DNA of 64,000 nucleotides, from contig CAWDVR010000002.1 of NCBI GenBank assembly GCA_963805975.1, positions 640,001 to 704,000 of the forward strand, given 5' to 3'. The notes under the pieces were generated by a model. It saw only the letters and a list, made by a program, of their open reading frames with translations, had not been told where the DNA came from and did not search any database. Each line of letters opens with the position of its first letter. Position 1 is the first letter of the stretch. The translations under genes and the position numbers were made by a program. Of the stretch, positions 49,627-61,434 are shown one piece after another. The DNA comes from an uncultured Acidobacteriota bacterium. Its GTDB lineage: Bacteria > Acidobacteriota > Thermoanaerobaculia > Multivoradales > SZUA-115.

Positions 49627-49871
49627 TCTTGATCCTCGAAGCTCGTCGGCGCCGGCTCATCGAGCAACCGGTCGTCGCCGCGCTCCGCCATGCTGCGAAA
49701 CTGCGCGTCCCAGTGCTGGCGGGGCCGATCCGCCGCGCGGATCACCAGATGATCCTCCTCGACCTGGATCTCGATCTCCCGTACCAGCCCGACTTGCTCG
49801 ATCATCGGCTTGGGAAGCCGAAGGCCCCGGGAGTTGCCGATCGAGATCAGTTGTGTTCTGACGGTGCTCAT
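49611..49871 (-). CDS. mazE: AbrB/MazE antitoxin
   Basis: IGNSRGLRLPK. Confidence 0.88.
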   Translation of the reverse strand: MSTVRTQLISIGNSRGLRLPKPMIEQVGLVREIEIQVEEDHLVIRAADRPRQHWDAQFRSMAERGDDRLLDEPAPTSFEDQEWQWR

Positions 49872-49952
49872 GATCACTCCTCTTCGAGAGTGATCACATT
49901 GTAGGTACGACGAGGCTCTCCGTCAAGCCTTTTCGGCGCGCTCCTTCGCGGT

Positions 49953-51194
<1,242 letters not shown>

Positions 51195-51331
51195 GCTTCC
51201 ATCCTCCTCGAATTTTGTGGGGCGAGATCGCGGCGATTCCGGCGCGAAAGGGTATCACGCGGCCACCGGCGTCCTGCCAGGCCGCGGCCCGGTGGCGGCA
51301 CGGCCGGTCCGCGGCACAGAATAGCCGCGCC

Positions 51332-52831
51332 ATGCCCCATCTCGGCATCGTCGATCTCGGCTCGAACAACGCCCGCATGGTGGTCTACGAGTACGAGCCC
51401 GGGCGCTGGTTCCGGCTGGTGGACGTGATCCGCGAGCCGGTGCGCCTGGGTGAGGGCCTGGGGGCCACCGGGGAGATGACCGGGGCGGCCATCCAGCGCG
51501 GCCTCGCGGCGCTCGACCTCTTCGTGGACTACGCCGCCGCCGCCGGCCTCGACCACCTGGAGACGATCGGCACCAGCGCGCTCCGCGACGCCGCCAACCG
51601 CGCCAGCTTCCGCCGCGCCGTGGCGCCGCTGGGGGTCGAGGTGAAGGTGCTCTCCGGCGAGGAGGAGGCACGGCGTGGCCTGTCCGCGGTGGCCAACGGC
51701 TTCGACCTCGAAGACGCCTGGGTGATGGACCTGGGCGGCGGCAGTGCGCAGATCTCCCGCATGCTGGGCAGGAGGTACGCCGACGGCGCCTCCTACCCGC
51801 TGGGCGGCGTGCGCCTCACCGAGGCGTTCCTGCGCAGCGATCCACCACGCCGCGCCGAGGTCAAGGCGCTGGAAGCCGAGGTCGCCCACCATCTGGGGCC
51901 GGCGGCCAAGTCCATGGCGAGGGCGCCGGCGCCGCTGGTGGTGATGGGCGGCACGATCCGCAATCTCGCCCGCATGATGCAGCGGAAGAAGGCCTATCCT
52001 CTCGACCTGCTGCACGGCTATTTCCTGTCGCGCGCCGAGCTGGAGGAGGCCACCGGCATCCTGCTCGCCAAGACCTCCCGCCAGCGGCGGCGGGTGCCGG
52101 GCATCAACGAGGACCGCGCGGACGTGGTGCTGGCCGGCGCCCTGGTGTATCGCTGGCTGGTCCGGGCGAGCGGCACGGCCGGTGTCTTCATTTCCGGCCA
52201 CGGAGTGCGCGAAGGCACCTTCTATCGCCACTTCTTGAAGGCGCCCTACCGCATCCGGAACGTGCGGGCCTTCTCGGTGGCCAACCTCTCGGCCCGCTTC
52301 GGGCTCGCCTCGCCGCACATCGACCACGTGCGGCGCCTGGCGCGCCGGTTGTTCGACGGGCTGGCGCCCATCCACGGCCTGGGCCCGCGCGAGGCCGAGC
52401 TGCTCGACGCTGCCGCGGCGCTCCACGACATCGGGATCAGCGTCGACTTCTACCGCCACCACCGGCACGGCGCCTATGTGCTCGAATCCGATCCCCTCCC
52501 CGGCTTCAGCCACCGCGAGCACGCCCTGCTGATGCTCCTGGTGCGCTATCACCACGGCGGCCTGCCGAGCCTCGAGCCCTACCAGCGCCTGATGGCGGCG
52601 GGCGACAAGCGCATCCTGGCGCGCCTTGCCGCCTGCCTGCGGCTCGCCGAGTCCCTCGAGCGCTCCCGCGCGCGCCGGGTCAAGGACGTGGCGGTCGAAA
52701 TGAGCCAGCGCACGGTCACGCTCCGCCTCAAGGCCCGCGAGGAGCCGGCCGTCGAGATCTGGGAGACGGCCCAGCACGCGGATCTGTTCGAGCTGGCCTT
52801 CGGCAGGCGGCTCGAGCTGGCGAGGGGCTGA
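51332..52831 (+). CDS. ppx: Ppx/GppA exopolyphosphatase
   Basis: DLGSN, TSALRDA, DLGGGS, GVREG, LHDIG. Confidence 0.92.
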   Translation: MPHLGIVDLGSNNARMVVYEYEPGRWFRLVDVIREPVRLGEGLGATGEMTGAAIQRGLAALDLFVDYAAAAGLDHLETIGTSALRDAANRASFRRAVAPLGVEVKVLSGEEEARRGLSAVANGFDLEDAWVMDLGGGSAQISRMLGRRYADGASYPLGGVRLTEAFLRSDPPRRAEVKALEAEVAHHLGPAAKSMARAPAPLVVMGGTIRNLARMMQRKKAYPLDLLHGYFLSRAELEEATGILLAKTSRQRRRVPGINEDRADVVLAGALVYRWLVRASGTAGVFISGHGVREGTFYRHFLKAPYRIRNVRAFSVANLSARFGLASPHIDHVRRLARRLFDGLAPIHGLGPREAELLDAAAALHDIGISVDFYRHHRHGAYVLESDPLPGFSHREHALLMLLVRYHHGGLPSLEPYQRLMAAGDKRILARLAACLRLAESLERSRARRVKDVAVEMSQRTVTLRLKAREEPAVEIWETAQHADLFELAFGRRLELARG

Positions 52832-52837
52832 GAACGC

Positions 52838-53347
52838 CTACGCTTCGAGGCCCAGGTTCTCCAGCAGCCTGGGAACCACCAGCCAGAGCAACTTCCCCCG
52901 CCCCGGGGCCACCTCGGCCCAGCTCTCGATGTCGAGCTCGATGGCTGCCACCGCTGCCGTCGTCATGCGGACCGTGCCGCCGCCGATGAGGAGGCTCGCG
53001 AGGCTCGACCACGTGGGTTCGTGGCCCGCGAGCAGCACGGTTTGCGCCGCGGCGGGCTGGAGCTGCAACAGGGTCAGCACCGCCGCCGGCGTGGTCTCGT
53101 AGAGGTCCGGCGTGATCTCGACCTTGGACGCCCACCGGCCGGCCGCCGCGCCCAGCTCGACCGTGGTGCGGGCGCGCACTGCCGAGGAGGTGAGGGCCAG
53201 GTCGGGCACGGCACCGGCCCGCGCGAGAAAGGAGCCGACGACCGCCGCGGCTTTCCGCCCACGCTTGTTGAGCGGCCGCTCGTGGTCGCCCCCGGCGGGC
53301 GCGTCCCAGTCGGACTTGGCGTGGCGCAGCAGGAGAAGAGTTCGCAT
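52838..53347 (-). CDS. sixA: SixA phosphohistidine phosphatase
   Basis: LRHAKS, RPL, GHEP. Confidence 0.88.
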   Translation of the reverse strand: MRTLLLLRHAKSDWDAPAGGDHERPLNKRGRKAAAVVGSFLARAGAVPDLALTSSAVRARTTVELGAAAGRWASKVEITPDLYETTPAAVLTLLQLQPAAAQTVLLAGHEPTWSSLASLLIGGGTVRMTTAAVAAIELDIESWAEVAPGRGKLLWLVVPRLLENLGLEA

Positions 53348-53409
53348 GACGTCACCATATCGTGATGCTCACGGCGTGTCCCTGCCGGCGGTTTTGCTAG
53401 TCTCGGCGG

Positions 53410-55599
53410 GTGAGTGAAGCCCTCCGCACGACCGATTTGAGGCTGGCCGAGCCACCGCCCGCGGTTCCCGAGCCGCCCGCCGTCGGGCTGGACGACCCGG
53501 CGCTCGACGACCCGGGCCTCTACTTCAACCGCGAGCTCTCCTGGCTCAAGTTCAACGAGCGGGTGCTCGAAGAGGCTCTCGACGAGAAGAACCCCCTGCT
53601 CGAGCGGGTGAACTTCCTGTCGATCTTCGGCAGCAACCTCGACGAGTTCTTCATGATCCGCGTCTCCGGCCTCAGGCGCCAGATGGCGACCGGAGTGGTC
53701 GGCGCGCCGCCGGACGGCATGACCCCCACCGAGCAGCTCGCCGCCATCCGCCAGCAGCTCATGCCGGTGCTCGAGACCAGCAGCCAGTGCTGGAAGAGCG
53801 ACCTCGAGCCCAAGCTGCGCGAGGCCGGGATCAAGATCTTCTCCTACGACCAGCTCAAGGGCCGCCAGCGCCGGTTGCTCCGGCTCCATTTCAAGTCCGA
53901 GATCTTCCCCGTGCTGACTCCTCTGGCCTTCGACCCGGGGCACCCGTTCCCCCACATCTCCAACCTGTCGATGAACCTCGCGGTGGTGGTGCAGGACCCG
54001 GTCGAGGGCGAGAAGTTCGCGCGTCTCAGGGTGCCGCAGACGGTACCGCGCCTGCTGCGCATCCCGGAGGAGGAGAAAGCCGACTCCTACGAGAAGCTGG
54101 GCCTGGCGGCGGTCAAGACGCCCTACTTCATCTGGGTCGAGGAGGTGATCGCCGCCAACCTCGATCTGCTCTTCCCGGGCCTCTCGGTGATCGCGGCCCA
54201 TCCCTTCCGCGTCACTCGGGACGCCGACCTCGAGATCGAGGAGGACGAGGCGAGCGACCTCCTGAAGGCGATGTCGGACGTCGTGGGGCAACGCCACTTC
54301 GGCTCGGCGGTGCGGCTCGAGATCGACGAGACCATGCCGCCCAGGATCCGCGACATCCTGACCCGCAACCTCGAGCTGGCGCCGTTCCAGGTCTTCATCA
54401 CCGCCAAGCCGATCGGCCTGGCCGACCTCTCGCAGCTCACCGGCATCGAGCGCCCGGCGCTCAAATACCCGCCGTTCCTGCCCCAGGTGCCGCCGGGCCT
54501 GGGCAGCGAGGACGACGTCTTCGCCACCTTGAAGCGGCGCGGCAACGTCCTCCTCTACCATCCGTACGACAGCTTCTCGCCGGTCGTCACCCTGCTCCAG
54601 CAGGCGGCCCGCGACCCCAACGTGCTGGCCATCAAGCAGACGCTCTACCGCGTGGGGCCCAACTCGCCGATCGTCAAGGCGCTGATGGAAGCGCGGGAGA
54701 ACGGCAAGCAGGTGTCGGCGCTGGTCGAGCTCAAGGCCCGCTTCGACGAAGAGAACAACATCGTCTGGGCGCGGGCCCTGGAACGCGCCGGCGTGCACGT
54801 GGTCTACGGCGTGATGGGGCTCAAGACCCACGCCAAGATCTGCCTGGTGGTGCGCCGCGAGCCCGGGGGGCTCCAGCGCTACGTGCATCTTTCGACCGGC
54901 AACTACAACCCGGCGACCTCCCGGATCTACACCGACTTCGGCTACTTCACCTGCGACCCCGGCGTGGCCGACGACGTCTCCGACCTGTTCAACGCGCTCA
55001 CCGGCTACTCACGGAAATCCGAGTACGGCAAGCTCCTGGTGGCGCCCTGGCAGATGCGCGAGGGCATTCTGGCCCGCATCGAGCGCGAGATCGCCGAGCA
55101 CCGGGCCCACGGCGGCGGCGTCATCGCCTTCAAGATGAACGCCCTGGTGGACCGCGCCTGCATCCAGGCTCTCTACCGGGCCTCGCAGGCCGGGGTGAAG
55201 ATCGAGCTCCAGGTGCGGGGGATCTGCTGCCTGCGGCCCGGCGTGCCGGGAGTCTCGGAGAACATCCGGGTGACCTCGATCGTCGGCCGCTTCCTCGAGC
55301 ACAGCCGCGTCTTCTACTTCCGGAACGGCGGCAAGGAGGAGGTCTTCGCCGGCAGTGCCGACCTGATGCCACGCAATCTCGTGGGCCGCGTGGAAGTGCT
55401 GTTCCCGGTCGAGGACCCGCGCCTGCGCTCGGCGCTGGTGGACGGCATTCTCCCCCTGCACCTCGCCGACACCAAGAAGGCGCGCCTCATCCTGCCGGAC
55501 GGCGCCAACTCCCGGGTGACCCCGGCCGAGGGCGAGCCGCCCATGAGCTCGCAGGACTGGCTGCTCGAGCGCGGCGGCGGTTGGCGGGCCGAGGAATAG
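53410..55599 (+). CDS. ppk1: Polyphosphate kinase 1
   Basis: NRELSWL, NLDEFFMIRV, ELKARFDEENN, KTHAK, RFLEHSR. Confidence 0.97.
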   Translation: MSEALRTTDLRLAEPPPAVPEPPAVGLDDPALDDPGLYFNRELSWLKFNERVLEEALDEKNPLLERVNFLSIFGSNLDEFFMIRVSGLRRQMATGVVGAPPDGMTPTEQLAAIRQQLMPVLETSSQCWKSDLEPKLREAGIKIFSYDQLKGRQRRLLRLHFKSEIFPVLTPLAFDPGHPFPHISNLSMNLAVVVQDPVEGEKFARLRVPQTVPRLLRIPEEEKADSYEKLGLAAVKTPYFIWVEEVIAANLDLLFPGLSVIAAHPFRVTRDADLEIEEDEASDLLKAMSDVVGQRHFGSAVRLEIDETMPPRIRDILTRNLELAPFQVFITAKPIGLADLSQLTGIERPALKYPPFLPQVPPGLGSEDDVFATLKRRGNVLLYHPYDSFSPVVTLLQQAARDPNVLAIKQTLYRVGPNSPIVKALMEARENGKQVSALVELKARFDEENNIVWARALERAGVHVVYGVMGLKTHAKICLVVRREPGGLQRYVHLSTGNYNPATSRIYTDFGYFTCDPGVADDVSDLFNALTGYSRKSEYGKLLVAPWQMREGILARIEREIAEHRAHGGGVIAFKMNALVDRACIQALYRASQAGVKIELQVRGICCLRPGVPGVSENIRVTSIVGRFLEHSRVFYFRNGGKEEVFAGSADLMPRNLVGRVEVLFPVEDPRLRSALVDGILPLHLADTKKARLILPDGANSRVTPAEGEPPMSSQDWLLERGGGWRAEE

Positions 55600-55606
55600 G
55601 CTCTCT

Positions 55607-56867
55607 GTGCGGTCGGGGCCGGCCTGGGAGCCTCTGAAAAAGCTGCTCTTCCGCTTCGCTTTCGTGTATTGGTTCCTGTACTGCTTTCCGTTCCCTCTTT
55701 CCTACATCCCCGACGTCTACACGTGGCACTTGCGGCTGTGGAACGCGCTCGTGCCCTCGGTCGCGAAGCATGTCTTCGGCGTGGGCACCACCTCCTATGG
55801 CGGCGGAGACTCGACCTACGCCTTCGTCCAGATCTTCTGCTGCCTGGTGATCTCCATCGCGGCCGCGCTGATCTGGACCCTCCTGGACCGGAAGCGGAGC
55901 AACTACGCGCGGCTCTACGAGTGGCTGAGGGTCTACGTCCGCTTCATGCTCGCCGTGACCATCATCGAGTACGCGTCCTGGAAGGTCGTTCCAACGCAGT
56001 TCCCCGCACCGACGACGGACCGCCTGATGCAGCCCTTCGGGGACGCCTCGCCCATGGGGCTGCTGTGGACGTTCATGGGCGCGTCCGTGCCCTACACCGT
56101 CTTCGCCGGCCTGAGCGAGCTGGTCGGCGGGCTGCTCCTGACCGTCCGCCGGACCACCCTGCTCGGCGCACTGGTCACGATCGGCGTCATGAGCAACGTC
56201 GTGATGCTCAACTTCAGCTATGACGTGCCGATCAAGCTCTTCTCCACGCACCTGCTGCTGATGGCGGTCTTCCTGGCGGCTCACGACCTGCGGCGCCTCG
56301 CCAACCTGCTCGTGCTCAACCGCCCGACCGAGCCCGAGGAGGTCCGCCCACTCTTCCGGAGGAGATGGCTCGCCCGCACCGCGACGGGCTTCACGGCCGT
56401 GCTTCATCCTCTTCATGACCGGCATGCTGCTGCACAAGTCCTACCGGGACTTCGAGCAGTACGGCAGCGAGGCGGCGGCCAAGTCGCCGTTCTATGGGAT
56501 GTGGAACGTCGAGGAGCTCGTGGTCGACGGCGAGGTCAGGCCGCCGTGGGTCACGGACGAGACGCGATGGCGGCGGATGTTTTTCAACACGCTCGACCGG
56601 TGCACGATCCAGCTCATGAGCGACTCGCGCGAGCGCTACGACCTCGAGCACGACGAGACGAAGAGGACGCTGGTCCTCAGCAAGCGCACCGACCCCGACT
56701 GGAAGACAACTCTCGTCTACAGCTTGTTGCAGCCGGACGTTCTCTACGTGGAGGGGTCGTTCGACGGGCAGAACGTCCGAGCGCGGCTCCGTCGGACCGA
56801 GCCTCCCGAGTTCCTGCTCGTCACCCGCGGCTTCCACCTGATCAACGATCGCCCGCTCAACCGCTGA
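55607..56867 (+). pseudogene. DoxX-like membrane protein with a frameshift near 56403
   Basis: SPMGLLWTFMG and NFSYDVPIKLFS in one frame; C-terminal domain ending TRGFHLINDRPLNR in another. Confidence 0.7.
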
Positions 56868-56969
56868 GAACCCCCGACTCAAGGCTGCCTCACCGTCGCA
56901 AAGAGGCTTCGACTTGGTGATCGGCTCGGCAGCGAAGGGTGACCCGCTAGCCGTACTCTCGTCGCCGCG

Positions 56970-56997
56970 TTGACTCCTATTGAAGCAGGCGTAAAAT
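56970..56997 (+). promoter_or_regulatory. Sigma70-like promoter for the SLATT-like gene
   Basis: TTGACT-N16-TAAAAT. Confidence 0.55.
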
Positions 56998-57059
56998 GCT
57001 GCCAACTACTGACATCCGAAAGCGCTTCGAGTGGGCAGCGCCCAACAAGGGGACTTCTC

Positions 57060-57593
57060 ATGGCTGACGAAAAGCGCGTGTTTACCCCTCCTGGGACGGA
57101 CCAGCTTCTCACCGGCTGGCTCATTCATTCCCACAAGGCCCGGGACAGGCATGACGAGGCAGCCCGCAGATATGCGAAGGGGCAATTTGCCTTGGGAATT
57201 CCTTCACTCATTGTTTCTACTGTCGTTGGAACGTCAGTCTTTGCGGCACTGTCCTCCAAGGAGGTTCCACCGCTGTGGGTAGGCCTGCTGAGCATCCTTG
57301 CTGCCGTGTTAGCAGCGCTGCAAACGTTTATGGACTTCGGAGGTCGATCCGACAAACATCGGAACGCAGCTGTCAAGTACAAGTCGTCCATCCGCCTGCT
57401 CGAGGAATCAATAGTTCAACAGAAGCAGGGGACAGCACTTACCAAAGAAGAGATCGCGGCCATAAGAACAGCGCTGGACAGCCTGGAAGAAACTGCTCCT
57501 GTGGTCATGCCAAGGATCTATGTCAACGTGGAGAAAAAATATCAAGACATGAAGTATGTTTCCGAAGCGATTGGTCTATACAGCAAGCAGTAG
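57060..57593 (+). CDS. SLATT-like 2TM domain protein
   Basis: W...H..AA..Y, GIP..IVSTVVGTSVF TM1, ILAAVLAALQTF TM2, H..AA..Y. GC visibly lower than the flanks. Confidence 0.7.
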   Translation: MADEKRVFTPPGTDQLLTGWLIHSHKARDRHDEAARRYAKGQFALGIPSLIVSTVVGTSVFAALSSKEVPPLWVGLLSILAAVLAALQTFMDFGGRSDKHRNAAVKYKSSIRLLEESIVQQKQGTALTKEEIAAIRTALDSLEETAPVVMPRIYVNVEKKYQDMKYVSEAIGLYSKQ

Positions 57594-57654
57594 GTATCTC
57601 CTTGATGCGACGGCGCACGTTGGCGCGCTGTCCGCGGTTCGGCACTGAGAGGTC

Positions 57655-58395
57655 TCACACCTTCCGCTTCACTTCCTTCCACAGGCTCTCATACGCCTGC
57701 CCCGCGACGCTCGAGGGCGCGTAGGCCGTGATCGGCTGCTGGCGCAGGCCCATCCCTTCGACCAGGCTCGAGTACGGGACCTGGGTCTTGAGCAGCGGGT
57801 AGGGAGACTGCTTCACGAGCCATTGCGGCTCCCGGTGCATGAGCTTGCGCCGGTCGACCAGCGAGAGGAAGGGGAGCACCTTGAGGTCCCTGGGGCCCTT
57901 CTCGTCGAGGTGCTGGTGGAGCTGCTGCAGGGCGCGCAGGGAGAGCGGCGTGGGGATGGTGGGCACGATCAGCGCGTCGGCGAGCGCGAACAGCGACTCC
58001 GAGAGCACCGAGAGGCTCGGCGGGCAGTCGAGGAAGAGGTAGTCGTAGGTTTCGACCAGCGGCCCGATGAGGCGCGCGAGCTGCTGGCTCGGCCGCTTGG
58101 TCTCGGCGAGCGCCAGATCCAGCTTGCGGTAGGAGAAGTCGGCCGGCAGGAGGTCCAAACCCTCGAAGTCGGTGCCGCGTACCAGATCGTCGAGCTCCTT
58201 CTTGCCTTCGATCAGCTTGCGGCCACCGCCCGGGACCTTGGGCTCGACGCGGAAATAGAAAGAGGCGGCGCCCTGCGGGTCGAGGTCCCAGAGCAGCGTG
58301 CGCCCGCCGGCGCGGGCCGCGAGATAGGCCAGGTTCACTGCCGTCGCGGTTTTGCCGACCCCACCTTTGATGTTGTAAGCCGCAAGCACTTTCAT
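57655..58395 (-). CDS. ParA/Soj family ATPase
   Basis: KGGVGKT, DLDPQG, DCPPS. Confidence 0.9.
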   Translation of the reverse strand: MKVLAAYNIKGGVGKTATAVNLAYLAARAGGRTLLWDLDPQGAASFYFRVEPKVPGGGRKLIEGKKELDDLVRGTDFEGLDLLPADFSYRKLDLALAETKRPSQQLARLIGPLVETYDYLFLDCPPSLSVLSESLFALADALIVPTIPTPLSLRALQQLHQHLDEKGPRDLKVLPFLSLVDRRKLMHREPQWLVKQSPYPLLKTQVPYSSLVEGMGLRQQPITAYAPSSVAGQAYESLWKEVKRKV

Positions 58396-60071
58396 GGCGA
58401 CACCTCGATGTCAGAGGAGGGGGGGCTGAAGAGACGACGGACCCGCTCCTGGTTGTCCCGCCGGAGAAACGCTCGCAAGGCACCGGCAAACCGCTCTCCC
58501 TCGCGGGCGCGGTGCTCGTCCAGTCGTGCGACCACATACCCGGTGGCGGCGAGCGCCGACGTACCCACCTCGACCGCTGCCCGGCGCAGGGCCTGCTCCT
58601 GATTCACCAGGTCGTTCAAGCTCCCCAGCACGTTCTGAAGACCCTTCAGCGCCTCCAGCAGCCGGTCGATCTCCGCTCGAGGAAAGAGAGAACGGAAGAA
58701 CTCCAACAGATACCGCAATTTCTTGCAAGCGATCCGCAGGGCGTGGAGGGCCGCCGGCTCAGGGTCGGGCCCCAGGGCCTCGGCGCGCTCGACCACCCGC
58801 CGGGCGGCTTTGCCGAGGCGCTCGGAGGCGACTTCGCGAATCGGCCGGCGGGCCGCGGCAGGCTGCCGCGAGGCCTGGGCGCGGCGCTCGAGAAAACCGT
58901 CCAATGCTTCCATCGTCTGCTGGTAACGACTGGAAGCAAAGGACTTGACGATCTCTTTCTGCGCCTCCCGTGCCGCCTGGACAAGCTGTGCCTCGACCGG
59001 CACAAAGCCCTCCCGGACCCAGGACGGCAGGGGATCGAGGAGGTCCGGCAGGCTCTCGAGAAGGACGTCCAGGTCCCGCTTGGGGCCGGTCTGCTGCCCG
59101 AGCCAGGCGAGCTCGGAGCGGAGTGCCTCCACCTCGCGCCGGGGGAACAGGCCCCGGAGCTGGCCCAGGGCGGACCGCAGCCGCCGCAAGGCCACGCGGT
59201 AGTCGTGCAGGAACTCGCGATCGAGCTCCGCCACCACGCCCTGCTCGTTGGCGCGGAGGGTGGCACGGAGCGGGCGCAGGATGGCGAGGGCCGCGGCGCC
59301 GGCGGCCTCCTCGGGATCGAGATCGAGGCCAGGCTTCAGGGAACGCCGGTCGAGCCAGGAACCGGCGGCGGTCAGCGCGTCGGCCAGCTCGTCCTCGAGC
59401 GCCTCGGCGGGCCGGCCCAGCCGGACTTCGAGAGCCTCCACCACCGGGTGGCAGGCAGCGGCATAGCCGCGCAGCGGCTCGATGCGCAGGCGCCGCTGCA
59501 GATCCCTGGAACCCAGCGCTCCGCTCGGCACCACCCGGCGATCGACCAGCGTGAGGTAGCCGATCTTCTTGGCAGGTCGAAGCCGTGTGCTCAGAAGCTT
59601 CGAGGCGAGGCTTGAGGTTCGGGATCTCCTGCCGCCGGCAGAAGCTGCCGGTCCCGAGGCCGGGGCCTGGTACAGCGGCCGGATCTCGAGACGCTTCTCG
59701 ATGGTCACCGCCGGTAGCAGCCGGCGGGCTCCTATCGTCTCGGCCACCACGTCCCGCAGGCGGCCCGCGGGCAGGTTGGCGGCGAAGTCCAGCGTCTCGG
59801 GAAGCGGCAGCTTTCCCCGCAACTGGCCCGCCAGCGTCAGGAGCTGGAGCTCCCGCCGGCCCTCTGAAACCAGGCCACGCAGGCAGAGACCTTCCTGCCA
59901 CAGAAGGCCGTCGAAGGTGTCGTAGAGGGTGAGGTGAGCGCTACCGCTGCGCCGCCGGCCGAGCGGCAGCCCTTCGATGAGCGCGAGCCAGCCTTCACCC
60001 GCGGCCCGCTCGGCGGGAAGTGGAAAGGAGAAGACACCATGCATGGGAGGGGAGGTCCGATCCGGCAGCAT
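58392..60071 (-). CDS. CHAD domain protein (polyP-binding)
   Basis: LHDYRVALRRLRS, RDLDV, LHALRIACKKLRY, LQNVLG. Start may be ~60044. Confidence 0.85.
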   Translation of the reverse strand: MLPDRTSPPMHGVFSFPLPAERAAGEGWLALIEGLPLGRRRSGSAHLTLYDTFDGLLWQEGLCLRGLVSEGRRELQLLTLAGQLRGKLPLPETLDFAANLPAGRLRDVVAETIGARRLLPAVTIEKRLEIRPLYQAPASGPAASAGGRRSRTSSLASKLLSTRLRPAKKIGYLTLVDRRVVPSGALGSRDLQRRLRIEPLRGYAAACHPVVEALEVRLGRPAEALEDELADALTAAGSWLDRRSLKPGLDLDPEEAAGAAALAILRPLRATLRANEQGVVAELDREFLHDYRVALRRLRSALGQLRGLFPRREVEALRSELAWLGQQTGPKRDLDVLLESLPDLLDPLPSWVREGFVPVEAQLVQAAREAQKEIVKSFASSRYQQTMEALDGFLERRAQASRQPAAARRPIREVASERLGKAARRVVERAEALGPDPEPAALHALRIACKKLRYLLEFFRSLFPRAEIDRLLEALKGLQNVLGSLNDLVNQEQALRRAAVEVGTSALAATGYVVARLDEHRAREGERFAGALRAFLRRDNQERVRRLFSPPSSDIEVSP

Positions 60072-60135
60072 CCTACCCGAACGACAGCAAGGAGCCTGCC
60101 CGAGGGGCGCAGGCCCGCATGCTAGATTGCGCGCC

Positions 60136-60543
60136 GTGGCCGAGCCGACCCTCGACTGGGAGCCCCTGGTGGCCGCCGCCCGGGCGGTTCGCGAGCATGC
60201 CTACGCTCCGTTCAGCCGCTTCCGGGTGGGGGCCGCGCTGCTCGCCGAAGACGGCCGGATCTACGCCGGCTGCAATGTCGAGAACCGCACCTTCGGGCTC
60301 ACGGTCTGTGCCGAGCGCTCGGCCGTCCTGCAGGCGGTGGCCGCGGGCGCCGGCCGGCCCCTCGCGCTCGCCGTGATCGCCGACGCCAACCCCAAGGCCC
60401 CGCCCTGCGGCATGTGCCGCGAGACGCTGGTCGAGTTCACGCCGGACCTGCCGATCCTGCTGGTGGACGTGGAGGGTGGGCGCGAGGAGATCCGCCTGGC
60501 GGAGATCTTTCCGCGGCCGTTCGTGTTCCCGGAGATTCCCTAG
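60136..60543 (+). CDS. cdd: Cytidine deaminase
   Basis: AYAPFS, GCNVEN, CAERSA, PCGMCR. Confidence 0.93.
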   Translation: MAEPTLDWEPLVAAARAVREHAYAPFSRFRVGAALLAEDGRIYAGCNVENRTFGLTVCAERSAVLQAVAAGAGRPLALAVIADANPKAPPCGMCRETLVEFTPDLPILLVDVEGGREEIRLAEIFPRPFVFPEIP

Positions 60544-60953
60544 TAGGGCATGTCCTCTTCTTCCATCCCGAAGTAGTGCCCCAGCTCGTGGAGGACCGTT
60601 TTCGCCACCTCCTCCACTACCTCGCGCCGGCTCTCGCAGGCCCGCAGGATGGGCCCCGAATAGATGACGATGCGGTCCGGCATGGCCTGGTAGAAGGTGT
60701 CGCGCTCGGTCTGCGGCACCCCGAAGTAGAGGCCGAAGAGCTCGCCGCGCTCGGGATCGTCCGGGTCGTCGTCCGGAAGCGTGGCCAGATCCTCCTCGGT
60801 GGGCTCCTCCTCCACCGTCACCACCACGTTGTCCAGCAGCTCCGCGAACTGCTCGGGCAGGGAATCGAGGGCCTTCTCGACCAGCGCCTCGAACTCCTCG
60901 GGCGCCAGGCGCAGGTGCGGGCGGCGTGAGGAGCGCGGGTAGCGGGAGCTCAT
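60540..60953 (-). CDS. Minimal zincin metallopeptidase (DUF1025-like)
   Basis: LFGLYFG, PDRIVIY, HELGHYFG. Confidence 0.85.
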   Translation of the reverse strand: MSSRYPRSSRRPHLRLAPEEFEALVEKALDSLPEQFAELLDNVVVTVEEEPTEEDLATLPDDDPDDPERGELFGLYFGVPQTERDTFYQAMPDRIVIYSGPILRACESRREVVEEVAKTVLHELGHYFGMEEEDMPY

Positions 60954-61011
60954 GGCCGGGATCTTAGCCGAGGGAGCTCCGCGCTCCGTGGCCGGGTAGA
61001 CTCTGCGTACC

Positions 61012-61419
61012 ATGAGCGAGCCCCGCCCGTCCGCCGCTCCCCACGCTTCCGTCCGCCTCGACAAGTGGCTGCAGGTGGCCCGCGCCTTCAAGACTCGCAC
61101 CCAGGCGACGGACGCCTGCTCGCTCGGCCGGGTGAGGGTGAACGGCAGCGTGGCCAAGCCGCACCGGGCGGTCGCTCTCGAAGACGTGATCGAGGTCGAG
61201 CAGCGCGAGTGGACACGCGTGCTGGTGGTCAAGAGGCTCGCCGATCGGCCGTTGCGCAAAGAGGAGGCGAAGCTGCTGTTCGAGGACCAGAGCCCGCCCC
61301 GCCCCGAGCTCGACCCCCTCGAGCGCCTCCTGCGCCGCGCGCCCGTGCGGCGCGAGCCCGGAGCCGGAAGGCCGACCAAGCGGGACCGGCGTGAGATCGA
61401 GAAGCTAACCGGCGAGTGA
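61012..61419 (+). CDS. hslR: S4-domain heat shock protein 15
   Basis: RLDKWL, FKTRTQA, GRPTKRDRR. Confidence 0.88.
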   Translation: MSEPRPSAAPHASVRLDKWLQVARAFKTRTQATDACSLGRVRVNGSVAKPHRAVALEDVIEVEQREWTRVLVVKRLADRPLRKEEAKLLFEDQSPPRPELDPLERLLRRAPVRREPGAGRPTKRDRREIEKLTGE

Positions 61420-61434
61420 GCTACTCTTGCGGTC

